This document shows, in pieces, positions 62,504 through 64,000 of a stretch of DNA of 64,000 bases. The position numbers were made by a program, and so were the translations under genes. The notes under the pieces were generated by a model. The model was not told the DNA's origin. It made no database searches and saw only the letters and a program-made list of their open reading frames with translations. The DNA is from a bacterium (lineage in GTDB: Bacteria > Bacillota > Clostridia > Oscillospirales > Oscillospiraceae). The DNA is taken from NCBI GenBank assembly GCA_963625685.1, contig CAVFTR010000010.1:1710-65709 (forward strand), written 5' to 3'. Position 1 is the stretch's first letter. Each line of letters begins with the position of its first letter.

Positions 62504-62560
62504 GTGAGCGGCGGCTCACAAGTTGCGTATATTATACTCCCGCGATCCCTGCCGCGTCAA
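62504..62560 (-). promoter_or_regulatory. promoter of the TetR-kinase operon with downstream palindrome
   Basis: On the minus strand, TTGACG (62560-62555), 18-nt spacer, TATAAT (62536-62531). Then GTGAGC-N4-GCTCAC (62519-62504) lies between the -10 element and the RBS GGAGG. Confidence 0.5.
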
Positions 62561-62659
62561 TGCTTTTTGCGGATTTTTATTCCATGCTTCATATAAAAGA
62601 TATGTAAACATTGACACCCGTTTTTTTGTACGCTAATATCGGAATACAGGAGGTGTGAT

Positions 62660-62902
62660 ATGAAAAAGAGCTTCATATCCGGAATGCTGCTCACGCTCTG
62701 CAGCCTGTGCGCGTGCTCCAAAACGCCGCCGGAGGAGAGGTCGGTGAGCATCGCCGGGGAAAGCTTCGGCCTTTACCTGAGCGGCAAATGCACGGTCGGG
62801 GAGCTGTATTACACATATAACGGCGGCAATATCTTCGGTGAGGGCGCTTCAAAACCCGCTTATGATATTATTTATGGGATAGAAAATTATTTGAATGTGT
62901 GA
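62660..62902 (+). CDS. small lipoprotein, hypothetical
   Basis: 80 aa with the lipobox LCSLCAC, RBS AGGAGGTG, and TTGACA-17-TAATAT upstream. Confidence 0.5.
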   Translation: MKKSFISGMLLTLCSLCACSKTPPEERSVSIAGESFGLYLSGKCTVGELYYTYNGGNIFGEGASKPAYDIIYGIENYLNV

Positions 62903-62965
62903 GATCTGAGCTCAAAAGCGGTGTATATAAGTGAAAAGGTAAATTTGAAAGCGAGGTGAAAGCTG

Positions 62966-63526
62966 ATGGATGACTCAAGGATAGTCCAGTTGTACTGGGA
63001 CAGAAGCGAGCAGGCAATACCTGCTACTGCCGCCAAATACGGAAGCTACTGTGCCTCGATCGCAAAGAACATACTCGGCAGCAATGAGGACGCAGAGGAG
63101 TGTGTCAACGATACATACATGAGCGCGTGGAACGCCATGCCGCCGCACAGGCCAAATATTTTGTCAGCCTTCCTCGGAAAGATCACAAGAAACCTTTCGA
63201 TCAAACGATACAGGCACAATACTGCCGGCAAACGTGGCGGTGGCGAGCTGCCGGTGGTTCTGGATGAGCTTTCCGACTTGGTATCCGGCAAGGACGATGT
63301 GGAGCAGGAGTTCAGCCGCAAGGAGCTGGTAAACGCAATTGATGCTTTTCTGGATACACTTTCTCCGGAAAAACGGAGTATTTTCATTAGCCGATACTGG
63401 TATACCGACAGCATTTCAGAGATCGCTGAGCGGCACGGAATGAATGCCGGCGCTGTATCAATGACGCTTAACCGCCTCCGCTTTAAATTACACCACTACC
63501 TTTCAGAAAGGGGTTTTGAACTGTGA
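62966..63526 (+). CDS. RNA polymerase sigma-70-family (ECF-type) sigma factor
   Basis: 186 aa with region 2 (EDAEECVNDTYMSAWN) and region 4 HTH (ISEIAERHGMNAGAVSMTLNRLRFKL). Confidence 0.85.
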   Translation: MDDSRIVQLYWDRSEQAIPATAAKYGSYCASIAKNILGSNEDAEECVNDTYMSAWNAMPPHRPNILSAFLGKITRNLSIKRYRHNTAGKRGGGELPVVLDELSDLVSGKDDVEQEFSRKELVNAIDAFLDTLSPEKRSIFISRYWYTDSISEIAERHGMNAGAVSMTLNRLRFKLHHYLSERGFEL

Positions 63527-64000
63527 CAAGCGAGAAATTATATGAGATCCTCGGCGATATCAGCGATAAGCGTGTCGAAGAGGCAAGGGACTGCCACAAG
63601 GCCAAAAAACCTGTCTGGCTCAAACGGAGCGCTGCGGCTGCTTGTCTGTGCCTTGTGGCCGCAGGTGTTTTATACGGCATTAATTCTCAGCTGAGGCAGT
63701 ATGTTGTCAGCAATGACATTCCCGTGTATTCCGCTGCCGAATACAGCGACAGCATTTCGTCTGCCGATGTTACGCCCGAACAGGCCGACCGTCTGGCAGC
63801 CGCGAACAAAATTCACAGCACATTGGCCGCTCAAAATTATGAGTGGTACGGCGGCTGCTGCTATGATTTTGATAATGACGGAATCATGGTCGGCTTAACG
63901 GAGGCATCTGACAGCAACATAGAAGCTGTGCTGGCCCATACGGGAGATACGGCCGTTCAGTTCTTCGAATGCGAATATTCCTATCGGTATCTTGAAGAGC
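63523..64000 (+). CDS. putative anti-sigma factor / membrane protein (partial, runs off the window)
   Basis: GTG at 63523 overlaps the sigma gene's stop (GTGA). It reads VTSEKLYEILGDISDKRVEEA..., then a TM helix AAAACLCLVAAGVLY. It is open to the window end and is not in the ORF track because it is unterminated. Confidence 0.5.
   Translation, partial: MTSEKLYEILGDISDKRVEEARDCHKAKKPVWLKRSAAAACLCLVAAGVLYGINSQLRQYVVSNDIPVYSAAEYSDSISSADVTPEQADRLAAANKIHSTLAAQNYEWYGGCCYDFDNDGIMVGLTEASDSNIEAVLAHTGDTAVQFFECEYSYRYLEE

Noticed and set aside
1-64000. Scanned for CRISPR repeats, tRNA/rRNA genes, IS elements or transposases, integrases, prophage genes, toxin-antitoxin pairs and reverse transcriptases.
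   Set aside because: I saw no regularly spaced direct repeats, no cloverleaf-compatible ~75-nt segments in the intergenic gaps, and no ORF with DDE transposase, tyrosine/serine recombinase or RT motifs. This is a visual scan only. tRNAscan, Infernal and ISfinder would be needed to be definitive.
62560-64000. Lower-GC tail of the window (lipoprotein, ECF sigma factor, anti-sigma-like gene), considered as a horizontally acquired island.
   Set aside because: The composition drop is modest. No mobility genes or repeats flank it within the window, and sigma/anti-sigma pairs commonly show atypical composition. The evidence is insufficient without the downstream sequence.

Overview
64-kb chromosomal segment from a GC-rich spore-forming Firmicute. 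Hand counts of 60-nt samples give about 60% GC in typical genes. Clostridia-like hallmarks are spoIIR, a SpoVB-like flippase, a split transketolase, GGAGG-type ribosome-binding sites and GC-hairpin plus T-tract terminators. About 60 tightly packed protein genes are present. I found no rRNA, tRNA, CRISPR array, transposase, integrase or phage genes. Most of the window is housekeeping: prfB, tkt, ispE, serA/serC, mtaB, cysteine desulfurase, pgi, glmS, murT, secG, nth, rarA, efp, pepP. One clear cis-regulatory RNA is present: an FMN riboswitch with terminator in front of a RibU-type riboflavin transporter. Five accessory or unusual parts stand out. (1) A roughly 7.7-kb minus-strand operon (40.4-47.4 kb) under an XRE-cupin regulator encodes an uncharacterised glycyl-radical enzyme with an atypical Cys loop. 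It also encodes its activase, YjiH/YjiG-type membrane proteins, another polytopic membrane protein and an M20 peptidase. This is my best candidate for an undescribed metabolic system. (2) A GntR-controlled pair of 2-hydroxyacyl-CoA-dehydratase-family subunits has a translationally coupled 52-aa membrane peptide but no activator ATPase or CoA-transferase in the window. (3) A TetR-headed operon combines an FGGY kinase, a class II aldolase, a GtrA-like protein and a GSA-aminomutase-like PLP enzyme. (4) An MmeI-family type IIL restriction-modification gene is split by a 1-nt frameshift and carries a roughly 1-kb low-GC internal cassette. (5) There is a homopolymer-frameshifted ykvI-like gene and two orphan micro-ORFs. 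All functional calls come from my own recognition of motifs in the supplied translations. No database search was run.
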